The notes beneath the pieces were generated by a model that saw only the letters and a list, made by a program, of their open reading frames with translations, was not told the DNA's origin and did no database searches. A stretch of 64,000 bases of DNA from Candidatus Zixiibacteriota bacterium (lineage in GTDB: Bacteria; Zixibacteria; MSB-5A5; GN15; JAAZOE01), in NCBI GenBank assembly GCA_043819555.1, contig JBDREQ010000020.1, positions 32,001-96,000 on the forward strand, given 5' to 3'. Made by a program: the position numbers and the translations under genes. Shown here one piece after another: positions 60,648-64,000 of this stretch (position 1 is its first letter; each line of letters opens with the position of its first letter).

Positions 60648-61571
60648 ATGCCATTAGCGTCATTGATTGATATGTATGCGAAGGCGAATAAGGGATATTA
60701 CGCTATACCGCAATTCAATGTAAATAACCTGGAATTTATCCAGGCCGCTCTGGAAGTTTCCGAAGAAATGAAGGCTCCGGTTATTCTGGCCGCCTCAACT
60801 TCAGCCATCAAATATGCCGGTATTGACTATCTGATGGGTATGGTCAAAGCCGGCGCCGCCAATGTCTCCGTCCCGGTCGCCATGCATCTTGATCATGGCG
60901 CCACGACAGCCGACGCCAAAATGTGCATCGACGCCGGATTCACTTCAGTTATGATTGATGCCTCCAAAGAATCACTGGACAAAAATATCTCAATCACTCA
61001 GGAAGTAATGGCTATGTCTAAGGCCAAAGGAATTTGCGTTGAAGCCGAACTGGGCTTGTTGGGCGGCATAGAAGATGATGTCGTTGTGGATGAAAAGGAT
61101 GCTTTCCTGACTAATCCTAAGGAGGCCGAAAGATTTATCAAAGAAACCGGTTGCCATGCATTGGCCATAGCAGTTGGAACCAGTCACGGGGCATATAAAT
61201 TCAAACATACGCCTGAACTGGCGATGGAGCGCATAACTCAGATTAAAGAAATAACAGGAGCAGCACTCGTGCTTCACGGCGCCAGCGGTGTGCCCAAAGA
61301 TTTGCTCGAACTGGCCGCCAAATACGGCGCCGAACTCCCTGGAGCGATGGGCGTCCCCGATGAAGCATATACCGAGGCTGTTAAACGGGGCATCAACAAA
61401 ATTAATATTGATACCGATTTGCGCCTTGCCTTTATGAGTCACATTCGTGAATTCCTTACCAATAATCCCAGCCAGTTTGATCCGCGCAAAATATTGAAAC
61501 CTGCCAAAGAAGCAATCAAAGTCCAAATGCGCAACAAAATCAAATTATTCGGCTGCGAAGGTAAAGGATAA
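60648..61571 (+). CDS. fba: Class II fructose-1,6-bisphosphate aldolase
   Basis: FNVNNLE, HLDHG, SVMIDAS, VEAELG, GTSHGAYK, VLHGASG, KINIDTD; SD GGGAG. Confidence 0.95.
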   Translation: MPLASLIDMYAKANKGYYAIPQFNVNNLEFIQAALEVSEEMKAPVILAASTSAIKYAGIDYLMGMVKAGAANVSVPVAMHLDHGATTADAKMCIDAGFTSVMIDASKESLDKNISITQEVMAMSKAKGICVEAELGLLGGIEDDVVVDEKDAFLTNPKEAERFIKETGCHALAIAVGTSHGAYKFKHTPELAMERITQIKEITGAALVLHGASGVPKDLLELAAKYGAELPGAMGVPDEAYTEAVKRGINKINIDTDLRLAFMSHIREFLTNNPSQFDPRKILKPAKEAIKVQMRNKIKLFGCEGKG

Positions 61572-61601
61572 GAATAGATTTTAATTTGAAGTATTGATGA
61601 A

Positions 61602-61630
61602 AAAATGGCGGATTCATTATCCGCCATTTT
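61602..61630. terminator. Bidirectional intrinsic terminator
   Basis: AAAATGGCGGAT / ATCCGCCATTTT perfect inverted repeat between convergent fba and omptin genes. Confidence 0.85.
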
Positions 61631-61641
61631 AACATTTGCGT

Positions 61642-62655
61642 TTAAAATGTTCCGGTAATTGAAAACGTTAACGACTTCTGACTACTTTTCAAATCATAGT
61701 CTATTCCGCGTAAGAATAATCCCGTCTCATCATCAGACGTACCCGGATCGTCTCCATAGAATTCCTGTCTTTGCTCACCCGAAGTACTTATACTCAAATA
61801 TCGATAACCGAGATTAATTGAAAAATCCGATCCATTTTGCCTTTTCCAAAATGGCCATTCGATATCTCCCGATAGAATCAAAGTCGCCCCACTACAGGTT
61901 CCTTCGCCCGTTTTCTTTCGCAGTACATGATCATCAAAATCCCTGCCGAATGTTAGCGGAGAAAATCCTAAATTGAGATTGAGGTTTATCGGGTTAATCG
62001 CACGAATTTGGCTTTGCAGGGCCAAATAGGGAATGTGGTATGTGTATTTATTGATGAGAACAAGCGTGTCATTATATTCTTGATAGTAAACACTATCATA
62101 CTGGTCATTCTCATATGTCAGATACCATCCATCGATTCCAAACGCCTTGAAACTAAATTTCTGATACATATAACCAGCGGCAGCACTAATCGTAAATTTC
62201 GGCTTATTAGCAAGGTTAAAGGCAACATTTATATCAATGTCCGTTGCCTTTAGAGTATTATCCGATTCAGTATAACTAAATTTTTCATCAAAATCATAAG
62301 TTAAAGATTTTAACCAATCAGAATCTAAGGCTGGTTTAGTCGGATCCTTCAAATTCGTGAAGTAGCTTAAGTTCAGTAACCACTTCAAATCCCCTTTAAG
62401 TTTTCCAATAAATGAAAGATGTCCTCCTCCCATATATGTATCAAGTGGATATTCAATCTCACTATCAATTTGGGTTAAATCGTCAATATAAAAATATGAA
62501 AATCTCTCAGTGAATGAAAGATGCAATAACGTCGATCCCGAAGTCTTCCGACTTTCTAGTGACGCTTTAACCTTCAGGTAATCCCCAAGTATCCCCGAAG
62601 TTGCTGTTGATGAAAGAAAAAGCCCCAAAATCGTAAGAATGATTAATCGTTTCAA
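61642..62655 (-). CDS. Omptin-family outer membrane beta-barrel protease
   Basis: Signal peptide from TTG 62655 (SD GGAGGT); S.IEYPLD, DSDW and DDHVLR matching the omptin D-x-D and D-x-H pairs; alternating beta-strands; C-terminal Phe. Confidence 0.7.
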   Translation of the reverse strand: MKRLIILTILGLFLSSTATSGILGDYLKVKASLESRKTSGSTLLHLSFTERFSYFYIDDLTQIDSEIEYPLDTYMGGGHLSFIGKLKGDLKWLLNLSYFTNLKDPTKPALDSDWLKSLTYDFDEKFSYTESDNTLKATDIDINVAFNLANKPKFTISAAAGYMYQKFSFKAFGIDGWYLTYENDQYDSVYYQEYNDTLVLINKYTYHIPYLALQSQIRAINPINLNLNLGFSPLTFGRDFDDHVLRKKTGEGTCSGATLILSGDIEWPFWKRQNGSDFSINLGYRYLSISTSGEQRQEFYGDDPGTSDDETGLFLRGIDYDLKSSQKSLTFSITGTF

Positions 62656-62787
62656 TTGTACCTCCCGCCTGACCTCAATCGAGATCTCAACGCCCCGATA
62701 ACAGCCCCTTTCTGTTTTCATAAGAATAAAAATAATATATAACAGATTGTCAAGTGAAGAATAGAGAATTCCCATACGTATTATGAT

Positions 62788-64000
62788 TTAATTCTTAAAT
62801 GGCTCTAAATGAAGAGTTATTGATTTCAGCTCGGGTATTTCATCATGTAGTTTTTCCTGGACCCGAATAGAGACAGAGTCGGTTTTGGCCAGAGTCATTT
62901 TGCCATCAAGGCGCATATCGGCCGAAAGCGCCAGTCCGTTTTTGTGAGGCGTCAAGACAATATTATGGCAGTCTTCAACATCCTGAAACGACTCCACTAT
63001 AGATTTAACTCGTCCCGCAACCCAGTCAATGTCGGGAAGCGCCCCTCCGGCCAGAGATGTATCCGATTTATAAGGCTGAGTATAGATTACGACCTTTTTC
63101 AAACCTGTAACGGTTTTATGAAGTTTTTTGGTTATTTCACCGGTCAAATTGTGAGCGTCATTAAGCGTCGTGTCGCCCGGCATTTCAATATGCATAGACA
63201 CAAAATGTCCGCCTTCTTCCTCGCTGATAATGACATGATGATTTGAGAGGCCGAATGATGAGACAATATATTGAATGGCCGATGTGATTTTTTCCGATTC
63301 AGGGGAGATCGGACGGAATGAACAGGTAACATCTACATCTTTCATGGCCAGTCGCACATTTTCATGCAACCTGTCTTTCAATTCGCTTGTACGCGCAAAG
63401 CTTAGGGAACGGTCGACATCCAGAATTAACTCGGCAAATGTCGTCCGGCCATCGCTTCTTAATCGAATAGAATCGACTCCAATAACTTCAGGTTCAGAGG
63501 TCACTATCTTAAAAATTTTCCCTTCCGTATTCACCGGAGCCCGATCCAAAAGGACATCAATTGATTGTTTCCCCAAACGATATATGGCGGTAATAATAAA
63601 CAGGGCCACACCGATAGCGGCGATGGCATCAGCCATGGGCCATCCCAAAGATACAGCCGCCAGACCAAACAAAACTACCATCGAAGAATAAATATCGGTC
63701 GAAAAATTCAGGGCGTCGGCTTCCAGCGCCTGACTTTTGTATTTTTTCGCGACTCGTCTCAAAGCTCTAACCCTGGTTATATCGATTATCATCGCCGCCA
63801 CGATCACAATAAATGCCCATGGTGTCATCTTGATAATTGATTCACCCACAGCCAGTCGCCCGACCGCTTCATGAATTATCCAGATGCAGGTCACAAATAA
63901 TATAATAACCTGGGCCAGCGCGGCCAGCGATTCCACCTTAGTGTGCCCAAAATGATGATGTTGATCAGCCGGCCGATCGGATATCCGCACCGCAAAATAC
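62788..64000 (-). CDS. Cation diffusion facilitator transporter with three C-terminal dimerisation-type domains (5' end outside window)
   Basis: PAD..H.FGH.K.E, SQALEADA.NF.TD, D..AA..VA, LLD.AP; three repeats ending in V..H/Y.(E/Q)P-like strands. Confidence 0.85.
   Translation of the reverse strand, partial: YFAVRISDRPADQHHHFGHTKVESLAALAQVIILFVTCIWIIHEAVGRLAVGESIIKMTPWAFIVIVAAMIIDITRVRALRRVAKKYKSQALEADALNFSTDIYSSMVVLFGLAAVSLGWPMADAIAAIGVALFIITAIYRLGKQSIDVLLDRAPVNTEGKIFKIVTSEPEVIGVDSIRLRSDGRTTFAELILDVDRSLSFARTSELKDRLHENVRLAMKDVDVTCSFRPISPESEKITSAIQYIVSSFGLSNHHVIISEEEGGHFVSMHIEMPGDTTLNDAHNLTGEITKKLHKTVTGLKKVVIYTQPYKSDTSLAGGALPDIDWVAGRVKSIVESFQDVEDCHNIVLTPHKNGLALSADMRLDGKMTLAKTDSVSIRVQEKLHDEIPELKSITLHLEPFKN

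Noticed and set aside
62656..62775. 40-aa N-terminal extension of the omptin ORF
   Set aside because: TTG 62655 has a strong SD and begins a canonical signal peptide

Overview
Gene-dense bacterial chromosomal window of moderate-to-low GC. It is most consistent with an FCB-superphylum organism, probably candidate division Zixibacteria. This is an inference from the NxGDAVxxINxxFKGGP-type dockerins, NxPNPFNP C-terminal sorting domains, an FCB-style insertion in SecA, and DUF2723 and DUF4159/DUF4175 genes. The right half is mostly housekeeping: secA, rsgA, mlaD-like, GH57, Fe-ADH, yajC-def-fmt-rng, ftsE-like/ftsX/envC/holB, fba and a CDF transporter. The left half is rich in envelope and secreted proteins: a GldA/GldF-G/DUF4340 ABC cluster, an M43 protease, an M16 peptidase pair, a MacAB-like pair, and pilT with a signalling protein, followed by tRNA-Gln(CTG). 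The most striking element is a non-cellulolytic cohesin-dockerin system. It comprises a 1266-aa scaffoldin-like protein (four cohesin-like, four BACON/Ig-like, one split dockerin, T9SS-type CTD), a co-transcribed single-cohesin-CTD protein, and two dockerin-tagged secreted proteins with no CTD (an M43 metalloprotease and a cohesin/FG-GAP protein). Two cohesin classes and two dockerin classes are distinguishable. Other oddities are an FtsE-like ATPase missing four catalytic motifs, a PilT lacking the AIRNLIRE motif coupled to an MshEN-REC-HD-REC-DUF4388 protein, and a probable non-AUG start for rsgA. No CRISPR array, rRNA, transposase or integrase was seen. All family calls are by motif recognition; no database searches were run.
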